From a virus (taxonomy: Duplodnaviria; Heunggongvirae; Uroviricota; Caudoviricetes), in IMG/VR virus record IMGVR_UViG_3300043399_000676: a stretch of DNA of 43,157 nt; one strand, written 5' to 3'. Both the position numbers and the translations under genes were made by a program. Positions within the stretch are counted from its first letter, which is position 1, and every line of letters starts with the position of its first letter. The notes under the pieces were generated by a model. The model searched no databases. It saw only the letters and a program-made list of their open reading frames with translations, and was not told where the DNA came from. Shown piece by piece: positions 8,924-18,541 of this stretch.

Positions 8924-10651
8924 ATGAGTATTTTTTTAATTAACCCATACATCTTATCTCCATTCGTTCCTCCTTCTTTCATTGAAAGAGAGTTCTTTGC
9001 ATCAGGATACAATGCTGCTAGAGTAACAACTTCGTCAACCACTTACTCAGCAGTTACAAGTGTAAGCACCACTGAAGTTTCTGGTAGTAACTACGCCGCG
9101 TTTTGGCAAGGAACTTTTGATAATAATGTCGCTAGTAGTGATGGTCGCGCCCAGTTATTTGAAACTAGTGCTAGGCAGTTGGCAAATATGGAACCGCAGG
9201 ACATTACAGATGCGTTCTCAGTTGGTGGTATTTACCCTTACGAAGGTGGAACTAACAAAACATTTCAAATACAGCATTCCTCGGAGTCAGGATCAACTAC
9301 TGGTATTGCAGGACGAGCATTAAACGTATTGAAACTGGATGCTAGTGACAAGTTTGCATATAACTCAGGTACTACTAATGCAACCGCAGATGCCGTTAGT
9401 GTAACTATAACTGAACCAGGAGATTATTTAGTAATAGGTTCGTGTATGGTCGGTGCTAACGACAACGTTGGTATCTTTGACGGGGTGAATACTTACGGCG
9501 CACTTGGTGTTTCTTTTAATCAAGACGGTTCTACATTTTCGCCGTTTTGGCATATGGTTAAACTCACACTGACTAATGAAACATTAAGTGTTCGTGTTAC
9601 TGTAGGACAAGTAAGGCAATCGAGCATTCTAGCACTCAAGTTAGATAAATTTGAAAATGCATATTACGCAGAACAAACAACTCAAGCATCGACTACCTCG
9701 ACTACACTAACGAATGCATTTAGTAACGTGTTCTCAGTTGCTAATCCTGCTAACTATCATTTGATTTTAGGTTGCGCTCAATTACAGAGTAATTCTACTT
9801 CTGCATCGGCTGGTGCAACGTTATCAAACATAACTAGAAACCTTGACTATTCTGTTCTTCATTTTAGAGAAGCTAATGCGACTACCGAGTGGTATCCTAC
9901 AGTAGTCGCAAGGATATCTAGCTTTGCAACCTCAACTCCAGAAATTGGATGGGAGTACTTAGCAGAAAGTGGAGCGACGGCTAGATTGAGAAATATGGCG
10001 ATAGCAATACTAGATTTGGGAATAGTAGCACCACCGATTTCATTCATAGGCTCTACGTCAGTAACAAACAGTACAACATTAACTCTACCTGATCAAACTG
10101 AAAAGGATGATTTAGTAATTGTAGCAAGTCATTCATCCACTACAACTGTTGCTGTCCCAACTGGATATACGAGTATTAATGCCGGAACGCAAAATAACGT
10201 CAGATATCAATGTTCATTTAAATATGTCGTTAATCCTGCTGATTCGATAACGGGGCTTACTGCTGGAACAAACGTTAAACATATTGCTATGGTATTTAGA
10301 GATATAATCCCCTCATATTCAGCTAGTAGTTTGCCTTCGAATATCGTGACAACTGGCGCAACCGGTGCACCCAACCCAGGTTTATTAGAAGTTCTGGCAT
10401 CTGGTAATAAAGTTTTTGTTTCTATTGGATTTCTTAATAACGATAACGTGTTAGTTGATGTTACTCCTCCGGATGGGTATACCACGGCAATAGCTCGGGA
10501 AGCAACTGGTACAATCATGGGGGCATATAAAAGATATTCTGGGCCTGAATTCTCTATAAACCTGCTCTCAGAAGATCCAGATGCATTCGGTATCGGTGCA
10601 GGAACAGATGCTTGGGTAGCTATGAACATAGCCCTAAACCAAATAATATAA
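8924..10651 (+). CDS. Multi-beta-sandwich virion protein, putative fibre tip or adhesin
   Basis: 575 aa, Ser/Thr/Ala-rich and beta-like. Short N-terminal FLINPYILSPF peptide. C-terminal ISFIGSTS..TLTLP....DDLVIV...PTGY domain resembles phage tail-tip jelly-roll domains. Starts 1 nt after the 3826 stop. Confidence 0.6.
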   Translation: MSIFLINPYILSPFVPPSFIEREFFASGYNAARVTTSSTTYSAVTSVSTTEVSGSNYAAFWQGTFDNNVASSDGRAQLFETSARQLANMEPQDITDAFSVGGIYPYEGGTNKTFQIQHSSESGSTTGIAGRALNVLKLDASDKFAYNSGTTNATADAVSVTITEPGDYLVIGSCMVGANDNVGIFDGVNTYGALGVSFNQDGSTFSPFWHMVKLTLTNETLSVRVTVGQVRQSSILALKLDKFENAYYAEQTTQASTTSTTLTNAFSNVFSVANPANYHLILGCAQLQSNSTSASAGATLSNITRNLDYSVLHFREANATTEWYPTVVARISSFATSTPEIGWEYLAESGATARLRNMAIAILDLGIVAPPISFIGSTSVTNSTTLTLPDQTEKDDLVIVASHSSTTTVAVPTGYTSINAGTQNNVRYQCSFKYVVNPADSITGLTAGTNVKHIAMVFRDIIPSYSASSLPSNIVTTGATGAPNPGLLEVLASGNKVFVSIGFLNNDNVLVDVTPPDGYTTAIAREATGTIMGAYKRYSGPEFSINLLSEDPDAFGIGAGTDAWVAMNIALNQII

Positions 10652-10661
10652 AAGGATTATT

Positions 10662-10958
10662 ATGATCACATTAGCAGATGCATTACTCTCATTGAGACCA
10701 GGAGCTGCATGGAGCTGCAAGGATGTATATGAAACTATAGTTTGGTTAGATAAAGTACAAACTATACCAACTAAAGAAGAAGTCGAGGCGGAAATTAATA
10801 GACTCCAGGTAGAATATGACAGAAATGAATATCAACGACTAAGAGAAAAAGAATACCCCTCTTGGGAGGACCAAATGGATATTCTCTATCATCAAGGTTA
10901 CGAAGGCTGGAGAGCTACCATTCAAGCAATCAAAGATAAGTATCCTAAACCTGAATAA
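10662..10958 (+). CDS. Small fibre-associated chaperone-like protein (XkdW/Tfa-like)
   Basis: DAL..LRPGA.W, PT.EE..AEI.RL and YQR.R..EYP...DQ.D.LYH.G...W...I.A.K.KYPK motifs resemble small proteins that follow fibre genes in aquatic phages. Confidence 0.6.
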   Translation: MITLADALLSLRPGAAWSCKDVYETIVWLDKVQTIPTKEEVEAEINRLQVEYDRNEYQRLREKEYPSWEDQMDILYHQGYEGWRATIQAIKDKYPKPE

Positions 10959-10961
10959 ATA
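10954..10961 (+). promoter_or_regulatory. Putative late promoter AATAAATA
   Basis: Overlaps the upstream TAA; lies 5 nt before ATG 10967; no SD visible. Confidence 0.55.
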
Positions 10962-10966
10962 CTGTT

Positions 10967-11902
10967 ATGTTAAACTTTCCGTCATCACCAACAGTTGGAC
11001 AAATATATACTGACCCTAATGCCGTGTCATGGGAATTTGATGGCGTGAAATGGGATGTAGTATCGAGTACTTCTTACAGGGCATTTAGTGGAGTAAAAGT
11101 AACTAGGACGACTTCATATGCGTTAACTGCTAATAGTACAGCAGTTAGCTTTGATGCAGAGATAATCGATACTGATACTTATTTTACTGTTTCGACACCA
11201 AACAAGGTTACTATAAATAGAACAGCATATTATAGAATTAACTTTTCTGTGTATACTGACAGTATAGGTGCTTCCTATACTATTAGTTTGAAAAAGAATG
11301 GTTCTACAACTCTTTCTTCTATAATTCTTTCTCCGAATCAATATTCAAACTATGACGAAATAGTAGAACTACAAACAGGAGACTACTTAGAAGTTTATGC
11401 TTCAGAAGATACCTCAGTAGGATCACTACTGAACACTACATTCTTAGAAGTTACTAGGTTAGGGCTATTAATGGGTACTAACGTAGGTGCGTCAGAAGCG
11501 TTTAGTGGAGTGAGAGGTATCTTATCCTCTGCGTTCAATACAACGTCTACTCCTACAGCAGTAACATGGAGTTCTACTGCTTTTAATCTTAACGCGGATT
11601 CTGCGGGTAATAATTATTGGTCAGTATCCGATCCTACTAAATTTATTGCTGGGACTACTGCTTATTTTAGAGTAAAGGGAGTAACACAGTTAGGCTCAAA
11701 TGACACGGTTACTGTAGCTTTGAAAAAGAATGCTACCACTACGTTATCTACTGTTACTGTAAATCCAAATGGATATGCACAAATTGATGAAATTTATTTA
11801 CTTAACGTAGGAGATTATTTGCAACTAGTGGTTAACGATATTAGCTCCACTGGTTCACTGACGACAGACACATATTTAGAAATGATAAGAATAGGAGTAT
11901 AA
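10967..11902 (+). CDS. Virion protein with N-terminal FPxSP anchor and two tandem C1q/TNF-like domains
   Basis: MLNFPSSPTVGQIYT..W.FDG.KW N-terminus. Two ~135-aa paralogous domains, each AFSGV...V(S/T)(F/W)...Y(Y/F)RI/V...LKKNxTT.LS...D.I..L..GDYL(E/Q), consistent with a C1q-like jelly roll. Confidence 0.65.
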   Translation: MLNFPSSPTVGQIYTDPNAVSWEFDGVKWDVVSSTSYRAFSGVKVTRTTSYALTANSTAVSFDAEIIDTDTYFTVSTPNKVTINRTAYYRINFSVYTDSIGASYTISLKKNGSTTLSSIILSPNQYSNYDEIVELQTGDYLEVYASEDTSVGSLLNTTFLEVTRLGLLMGTNVGASEAFSGVRGILSSAFNTTSTPTAVTWSSTAFNLNADSAGNNYWSVSDPTKFIAGTTAYFRVKGVTQLGSNDTVTVALKKNATTTLSTVTVNPNGYAQIDEIYLLNVGDYLQLVVNDISSTGSLTTDTYLEMIRIGV

Positions 11903-11903
11903 A

Positions 11904-12272
11904 ATGGGTTTCTTTACAGCCACACAAGCAACGACACAAACAGCGCAAACTGTACCTAATCTAACAGGCGGAACTAACGGACGAGTGGTTAGAATAAGCG
12001 CATCTAACACATGCGTCGATGCTTCTTACAACAATACTACTATTCAGTTGAATGCAGTATTAATTAAATCAGGCGATGTCTATTACTCGTCTGGGTTAGT
12101 CAGTGGATTTTCTGGGTTAACGCCTGGTGCTAGCTATTTCTTAGGGTCTGATGGCACTTTAGTCAGCAGTCCTCCTACGCCGTCGACTACAGTAAGAGTG
12201 TTGTATATTGGTTTTGCTATCAATACTACAACTCTGATGTTTAGACCAGGTATACCTATATCAGGAGTTTAA
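11904..12272 (+). CDS. Putative capsid decoration / head-fibre protein
   Basis: GRVVRISAS, SG.VSGFSGLTPGASYFLGSDGTL...P and IGFAINTTTL motifs resemble trimeric head-fibre or cement domains. Confidence 0.5.
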   Translation: MGFFTATQATTQTAQTVPNLTGGTNGRVVRISASNTCVDASYNNTTIQLNAVLIKSGDVYYSSGLVSGFSGLTPGASYFLGSDGTLVSSPPTPSTTVRVLYIGFAINTTTLMFRPGIPISGV

Positions 12273-12275
12273 TGA

Positions 12276-12917
12276 ATGGCTCAACTATATACTTGGGATA
12301 GACAAGGATTTGAGAATGCATATTGGACTTATTATTATAAAATAAGAGGGTGCGGTGCTAGTGCTCCTAGAAACTGTAGATGTCATGATACTCATGTGTC
12401 ATACAGTAAAAAGTTTTTTGATGAATTAGGTAGAGGGATGTTTGTTGAAAGAGCGACAAACATTGTTTCTCTATTGGGATTACAAAGAGGAGAGACTGTT
12501 CTAGTTGCCGGATGTGCATTGGGGTATTTAATGGAAGAGTTAAAAATACTAGGAATGATTCCCTATGGATTTGACAACTCTACATATATCAGAGGAATAA
12601 AAAACGCAGAAAAGGTTAAATTCGACATACCTTCTATAGATTTATTAAGTGACACCTTTGTGTATGATTTGAATAGGGAATTCAAAGTTGCCCAGTTTGA
12701 TTGTGTAATTACTGAGGACGTTTTGCCATCGTATGATGATTACACAACGATGTTGAATAATTGTGAGTTAGTACTAAAATCAAACTTGCCAAAAACTAGA
12801 ATAGTACATATAGTACATGAAAATGCAAATGCACCGTTCTCGTCAAAAACGATGTCACAATGGAGACAAATAAAACCTGAACATACTTGGCTAAACGAAA
12901 ACGGGATGAATATATGA
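12276..12917 (+). CDS. Class I SAM-dependent methyltransferase-like protein
   Basis: Motif I VLVAGCALG (usual Asp replaced by Val), motif II YGFDNS and FDCVITEDVL. N-terminal Cys/His cluster CGASAPRNCRCH. Confidence 0.6.
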   Translation: MAQLYTWDRQGFENAYWTYYYKIRGCGASAPRNCRCHDTHVSYSKKFFDELGRGMFVERATNIVSLLGLQRGETVLVAGCALGYLMEELKILGMIPYGFDNSTYIRGIKNAEKVKFDIPSIDLLSDTFVYDLNREFKVAQFDCVITEDVLPSYDDYTTMLNNCELVLKSNLPKTRIVHIVHENANAPFSSKTMSQWRQIKPEHTWLNENGMNI

Positions 12918-13084
12918 AATATGTTTGGTCTCCTCTATTTTTGATATTTGCATTAAGCGACTTTTTTTCTGAAAGTGTAGTATGCGGGTCATCATACGTT
13001 TTGACTAGCCAAATGTGGTTCATGTGGATAATGATGGCGTTAGTCCATAGTACTCCTTATATAGAAAAGTTAAGAAACAAATAA
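12914..13084 (+). CDS. Small hydrophobic (probably two-TM) protein
   Basis: 56 aa from ATG 12914 (ATGA overlap with the upstream stop). Two hydrophobic Trp/Phe/Met-rich segments and a basic C-terminus. Confidence 0.5.
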   Translation: MKYVWSPLFLIFALSDFFSESVVCGSSYVLTSQMWFMWIMMALVHSTPYIEKLRNK

Positions 13085-13085
13085 A

Positions 13086-16000
13086 ATGGCTCATACACCA
13101 CAAAATTTAACTAAGGAACTATCAATATCTACAGGGTATTTTGCTCATCCCTCTACTAAAATGATTAGTAGGTTTGGAGATTGGTACTTATATTTCCCTG
13201 CGAACGCTCAAAACTCTGCACTAAATGCAAAGTATATACCATATACTTGGGGGACTGCTGTTCCGTTAATAAACAGTCAAAGTGACTTGACTATGGAAGG
13301 TACTATGGCTTTATTGACTGAGCCATGGGATGGATCGAATGTAGTTTATCATGGTGGATGTATTGCTCATATAGGTTCTGGCGTCAACGACATTACTAAC
13401 ACACAAGAAGACGATGCGTGGTTCTTTGCACATTTAGGTACGCTAAGTACAGATCCTGATGACGATGGTTTTTATTGGGATAGAACCTATTTGGCGTCAG
13501 GTACTTCAACTTGGGACTATTATCAGTACCATTTACATGAGCCTTCTTTTTATCAGGTATACGAGAATGGAAGAACCGTACAAAGTGCAGATACTTCTAT
13601 TAACCTAACAGATAGGCAGTATGCATACTTAATTAATACAAGAGTTAAAGTAGGTGCTACCTTTTACCAAAGCGTTATGGCTAGAATTCATACACCGTCA
13701 ATTGGTGGTGCTCATAATTCACATAATGATGTAACATTACCTACTACCGCAAACAAGAATTATATGATGGGCGGAATAATGGCAGGGGTGGGTAACAGAT
13801 TCCATGCTTTCTATATAGCATCAAACGGAAGTGGGGACTGGAATGTTTATACTAGAACATATATTACCACTTCAGGGTCTTTCACTGCTGAGAACAACTT
13901 AGGTGTTTATAACTTAGCTGATCCTACAGTTGATCCTACTAACGGTCAATGTTATAACTATCCAGTAAGAGCGAGTGCAGGTACAGTTTTAACTGACAGG
14001 TTGTATTTTCCTGTAATAATGAACAATGCAACATCCGGGTACGATTTAGAAATTTGGAGTTTCTTAAGTCTTGATGCTCTGGGCACAGGCTCACTCATTC
14101 GACATACCTTACTTTCAGGGCAAGCAACTAGACCTGATTGTCACTTAGTTACTGTGGGCGATAAAATATATGCTGCGGCATCAAACATAACCGGTGGCGG
14201 GGTATCTTTACATGTGTTTGATGGTTCTACTTGGGAAGCAGGAACAACTAACATTCTAACTAATAGTGCTACTAATGAACTTAGAGTACATGGTATTGCA
14301 TATAATACTGAAGATGTGAAATTTTATTGTTTAGTCAGCGGTACTACCTCGTCTACTGGTACATATACTGGTCCAGGTCTTTACAGTTTTGATTTAGGAG
14401 CAGAATTTGCAGGGTACCCTCATCTTGATTATGATGCAACGAATAATGCATTTTTAGTAAGACCTGCACTATCTGCTGGTCATCTAATATACGATGTCAC
14501 AACTAGCTCAATTACAAGAAGTGCTGCGACTGAACCACAGGGTATCGGCAGCTCTGTAAACATTCTAGCATACAGCATATTAGACCCTAATTTCTTTAAT
14601 AAGTCCGAACTGCCGCTTGAAGCAGATGAATATATCTATCATGGTATAACTTTGGATGATAATAGAAAATTGCTTGCAGGTAGAATTAAAGATTTGTCTT
14701 ACGGCACAGGCGCAGGCGATTTACTAGTCAGCATCGTTGAACAAGATAATAAAACGATGCATCACTTTGCATGGGGTGGAGTACAAGATCCGACAGTGGT
14801 TTGTCCTATAGTTCCCAGTACAGGAGATGACTATATCACAGGTGTGTATCAATCGAAAGCAGACCCGACTAAGGTTTGGATGTGCGGGTACACGAAGAGT
14901 GAGATGATTCCTAAGAAAGATATCAAAATTCACGGTTTCTGTAGAAACACTTCAGATGACCCGAATCTTTTACAATGGAATGATTTGGTTACTGACTCAG
15001 GTGGCAATATTTACCTAATAGGCACAAACCAAGACGGGTACGGAATAGTTTCTAAGTTTTGTTTGAACTATATTTTAAGATGGCAGAAGTCATTGGGAAC
15101 TAATGATGCGGTTACTGGTAATGCTATAGCGGTTGATTCATCAGATTATCTATATACGATAGGGACAGATTCGGAAACTACTAATGCCATAGTCACAAAA
15201 CTTGATACTGATGGTAATGTAATTTGGGCAAAGACATACGGCGATGCAGGTTCTAATACAGGCACTGGTATTGCTATAATCAAAAAGAATTCAACCGATT
15301 ATGTAGTAATATCTGTAGTTACTGGGACTAGTACAACTTTTATGGTGTTAGACACCAATGGTGCAGTACAAGAACAAAACACTGTTTCTAGTTTAGTAGT
15401 AAATCGAGTAAGAGTACAGAAATCTACACAAGATGGCACTTTCTTGTTCGCAGGAACGAACGGGTCAACTAGTGGTAAGTTTGGGGCAGGTGTGCTCGGA
15501 CATGAAACACGAATGATTCAATGGACAAGTACTTTCGGCACAGCATCTAAAGACATTGTAAATATCGAAGGTGGTCCAAACTATACATACGCGGTTGTAG
15601 GAACTTCTAGTACTAGTGCTAGTATTCTTAAAGTAACTGTTACTGAAAGCGGCGGCGTTTATACTGTGACTAAAACTTGGGCAAGAACAATCGCCAATAG
15701 TGGATTTAATGCAGTCACTACTGATGCCAATAATAATATATTTGTCGTCGGTAAAAACACAGGCAACGGTACTGCGGTTATGGGTCTTCAGGAAGGACTG
15801 GTAGTTAGATACAATAACGCAGGTGCAGTACAATGGATAAACGTCTTTGGGCATGATATGAACGAGGACATTACTGGTGTTGTAATGGACATCACAGGTG
15901 ATAACATTATCGTTTCTGGATGGAGTGAAAGTCACAGTAATGCTAGAGATGCAATAGTTTTTCGCTGTGAAATAGGCGGGTATGGAACAGGTGTTTATCA

Positions 16001-17228
16001 CTTGAATGGAAATACAGGTGTTCCTTATTATTACACCAAAGCAGTTACACCTACTGAGGCAAGCGATGCATCCTCGATCACCAACTTAACAGCACCTGCT
16101 AATTCGACGGGCGCTCTTACAACTACTGACGTTTCTGGAACAATAGTGTGGCAGAACTCAGGTGCATTAGTAAGAATATTTGATGGATCTTATGGTGCTA
16201 ATGGTACATTTATGCTTTGGTGGGGTTACTTGGACTTAAAGAAAGTACAAGATTACCTGAATAGTCAAGAGTATAGAGATAATCAAATTGCAGGTAGAAC
16301 TGTAAATTATACTGACAGTATTTTTACCTTTTGGCAGATAGCTACTGTAGGCGACGGAACAGCAGATGATGGAAACGTGTTTGGGTACGACATTATCGAA
16401 GCAGCATCTGGTAAGGTTTACGTCGTAGGTCAAACATCAGGGGATCTAACAACTATTAACCAGGGTGCATCAGGCGTATATGAGTATATCTTAGTAGAAT
16501 TCGATCCCGCAACAGAAGCCCTTTATATACTACAAAAAGACTCAGTAAAAGACGTTGAAATGTATGCTCTGACTGAATTGGCTAATGGCAACATAGCATA
16601 TACTGGTAGAACTACTGATCCAGATATTGCTAATATTGCATATGGAGGATACGACATTATTTTGGGTATATTTGATCCCTCCGCAAGAATAGCAGACTAT
16701 TATGTATACGGTTCAGGTTTTGATGATAAAGGTGTAAATTTACATGATTTGGGTAACAATACACTAGCTATAACTTACTCAAGCTACGGAGCGTTAGGAG
16801 ATCAGGTTAACGCTGGTACTGAGGACGTCGGTGTAGTGCTGTTTAACTATAGCACGGATACATGGGGCAATGCTTACCAAACAGGATCTACAACTTCAGA
16901 TATTTTTGAACAAAATGGTAAGCCTAGTACGTTGTTAGATGGAAACAGAATAGCAGTAGTATTTTCTACAGGTGGATATTTTGACGAAACTGGAATATCT
17001 TACGGTTACTTAGACATTGCTTTAGCTATGTTAGATTTAACTACTGGTGAATGGTTTAAGACTCAGATAGGATCTGTTACTAGTGATATCGCTAGCAGCG
17101 TTAGTGTAAAAGGTGACAGACTACTAATATGTGGGCATATGCAAGAAACCTTTGGTAATGCAGGACAAGGTATATACGTTGAAGTGGACGTTACTAGAGG
17201 GTTTGGTGGGAAGAGTTCATCCCTATGA
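13086..17228 (+). CDS. Large multi-beta-propeller protein (1380 aa)
   Basis: Recurrent blade-like motifs: WQKSLGTNDAVTGNAIAVDSSDYLYTIG, WAKTYGDAGSNTGTGIAI and WINVFGHDMNEDITGVVMDITGDNIIVSG. All-beta composition; no signal peptide apparent. Confidence 0.7.
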   Translation: MAHTPQNLTKELSISTGYFAHPSTKMISRFGDWYLYFPANAQNSALNAKYIPYTWGTAVPLINSQSDLTMEGTMALLTEPWDGSNVVYHGGCIAHIGSGVNDITNTQEDDAWFFAHLGTLSTDPDDDGFYWDRTYLASGTSTWDYYQYHLHEPSFYQVYENGRTVQSADTSINLTDRQYAYLINTRVKVGATFYQSVMARIHTPSIGGAHNSHNDVTLPTTANKNYMMGGIMAGVGNRFHAFYIASNGSGDWNVYTRTYITTSGSFTAENNLGVYNLADPTVDPTNGQCYNYPVRASAGTVLTDRLYFPVIMNNATSGYDLEIWSFLSLDALGTGSLIRHTLLSGQATRPDCHLVTVGDKIYAAASNITGGGVSLHVFDGSTWEAGTTNILTNSATNELRVHGIAYNTEDVKFYCLVSGTTSSTGTYTGPGLYSFDLGAEFAGYPHLDYDATNNAFLVRPALSAGHLIYDVTTSSITRSAATEPQGIGSSVNILAYSILDPNFFNKSELPLEADEYIYHGITLDDNRKLLAGRIKDLSYGTGAGDLLVSIVEQDNKTMHHFAWGGVQDPTVVCPIVPSTGDDYITGVYQSKADPTKVWMCGYTKSEMIPKKDIKIHGFCRNTSDDPNLLQWNDLVTDSGGNIYLIGTNQDGYGIVSKFCLNYILRWQKSLGTNDAVTGNAIAVDSSDYLYTIGTDSETTNAIVTKLDTDGNVIWAKTYGDAGSNTGTGIAIIKKNSTDYVVISVVTGTSTTFMVLDTNGAVQEQNTVSSLVVNRVRVQKSTQDGTFLFAGTNGSTSGKFGAGVLGHETRMIQWTSTFGTASKDIVNIEGGPNYTYAVVGTSSTSASILKVTVTESGGVYTVTKTWARTIANSGFNAVTTDANNNIFVVGKNTGNGTAVMGLQEGLVVRYNNAGAVQWINVFGHDMNEDITGVVMDITGDNIIVSGWSESHSNARDAIVFRCEIGGYGTGVYHLNGNTGVPYYYTKAVTPTEASDASSITNLTAPANSTGALTTTDVSGTIVWQNSGALVRIFDGSYGANGTFMLWWGYLDLKKVQDYLNSQEYRDNQIAGRTVNYTDSIFTFWQIATVGDGTADDGNVFGYDIIEAASGKVYVVGQTSGDLTTINQGASGVYEYILVEFDPATEALYILQKDSVKDVEMYALTELANGNIAYTGRTTDPDIANIAYGGYDIILGIFDPSARIADYYVYGSGFDDKGVNLHDLGNNTLAITYSSYGALGDQVNAGTEDVGVVLFNYSTDTWGNAYQTGSTTSDIFEQNGKPSTLLDGNRIAVVFSTGGYFDETGISYGYLDIALAMLDLTTGEWFKTQIGSVTSDIASSVSVKGDRLLICGHMQETFGNAGQGIYVEVDVTRGFGGKSSSL

Positions 17229-17235
17229 ATAAATA
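17228..17235 (+). promoter_or_regulatory. Putative late promoter AATAAATA (second copy GATAAATA at 17257-17264)
   Basis: Two xATAAATA motifs in the 35-nt gap before ATG 17264. Confidence 0.5.
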
Positions 17236-17263
17236 TCTAATAAGTTAAAAGTATAGGATAAAT

Positions 17264-18541
17264 ATGCCGTTAGATTTTCCGTTATCACCATCAGTAGGAC
17301 AAATTTATACCTTTGGGGTTAGAACTTGGAAGTTCAACGGTAAAGGGTGGGAACTATTAGGAGCAAACAGTGGCTTCAGTGGTTATTCGGGAGCATTTGG
17401 AACAAGCGGATTTTCGGGTGTCAGTGGTGCAACTGGTACATCAGGATGGAGTGGTTACTCAGGCGCATCTGGCTTTAGCGGCATAAGCGGATTTTCGGGT
17501 AGATCAGGATATAGCGGCATAAGCGGTTACTCAGGCGCATCTGGTACATCAGGTATAAGTGGTTACTCAGGTATTTCTGGTGTTAATGGTGCATCTGGCT
17601 TCAGTGGCTTCTCTGGATATTCAGGCGTTAGTGGTGCAACAGGTGGCACAGGTGGTACAGGCGCATCTGGCTTTAGCGGTTTCAGTGGCTTCTCTGGATA
17701 TTCAGGCGTTAGTGGTGCAACAGGTGGCACAGGTGGTACAGGCGCATCTGGCTTTAGCGGTTTCAGTGGCTACTCGGGTATCTCTGGTGTTAATGGTGCA
17801 TCTGGCTTTAGTGGCTTCAGCGGTTACTCTGGTGTTAGCGGATACAGTGGTGTTTCAGGTTCAGGTACTTCGGGTTATTCGGGCGTTTCAGGTGCAAGTA
17901 CGTCTGGGTTCTCTGGAATAAGCGGATTTTCTGGGACTTCGGGTTTTTCTGGAATAAGCGGATTTTCTGGGACTTCGGGCTTCAGTGGTGTATCAGGCAT
18001 AGGTACCTCAGGGTATAGTGGAAAATCTGGATATTCTGGGATTAGCGGATATAGCGGAGCTCCTATAACAGTACTGGACGATACCACGACTTCAACTACG
18101 GTATATCCAGTTTGGAACCCCGCAACCAGTGGTTCTTTGACTCCCAAAGTAAGTTCTACTAAACTATCCTTCATTCCATCAACTGGAGTACTAACATTAG
18201 TTGCAGTTGATTATGGTGCTAATGTACAACAAGGATTCGGGACGTTTACGACTGCAAACACAAATCAAATTATTTTGGATGCAATCTCTAGTTCTACCTA
18301 CAGATCAGCAAAATATACTGTTCAGCTTTCAAGTGGAACAGCATACCAAGTGACGGAATTGAGTACTATACATGACGGAGCAAACGCATACATCGTTGAA
18401 TATGGGGAAAATAAAGCAAATACAGCATCTGCATTGGGATCATTTGACGCAAGTGTCAGTTCAGGTAATATGAACTTGTTGTTTACACCGATAAATTCTT
18501 CTACGACTGTTAAGTTTTTTAGAACGGCGATTGACATATAA
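17264..18541 (+). CDS. Gly-X-Ser collagen-like fibre / adaptor protein
   Basis: MPLDFPLSPSVGQIYT..W.FNG.GW anchor. About 78 GXS-type triplets including an 81-nt duplication with GGT triplets. C-terminal YRSAKY domain. Confidence 0.8.
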   Translation: MPLDFPLSPSVGQIYTFGVRTWKFNGKGWELLGANSGFSGYSGAFGTSGFSGVSGATGTSGWSGYSGASGFSGISGFSGRSGYSGISGYSGASGTSGISGYSGISGVNGASGFSGFSGYSGVSGATGGTGGTGASGFSGFSGFSGYSGVSGATGGTGGTGASGFSGFSGYSGISGVNGASGFSGFSGYSGVSGYSGVSGSGTSGYSGVSGASTSGFSGISGFSGTSGFSGISGFSGTSGFSGVSGIGTSGYSGKSGYSGISGYSGAPITVLDDTTTSTTVYPVWNPATSGSLTPKVSSTKLSFIPSTGVLTLVAVDYGANVQQGFGTFTTANTNQIILDAISSSTYRSAKYTVQLSSGTAYQVTELSTIHDGANAYIVEYGENKANTASALGSFDASVSSGNMNLLFTPINSSTTVKFFRTAIDI

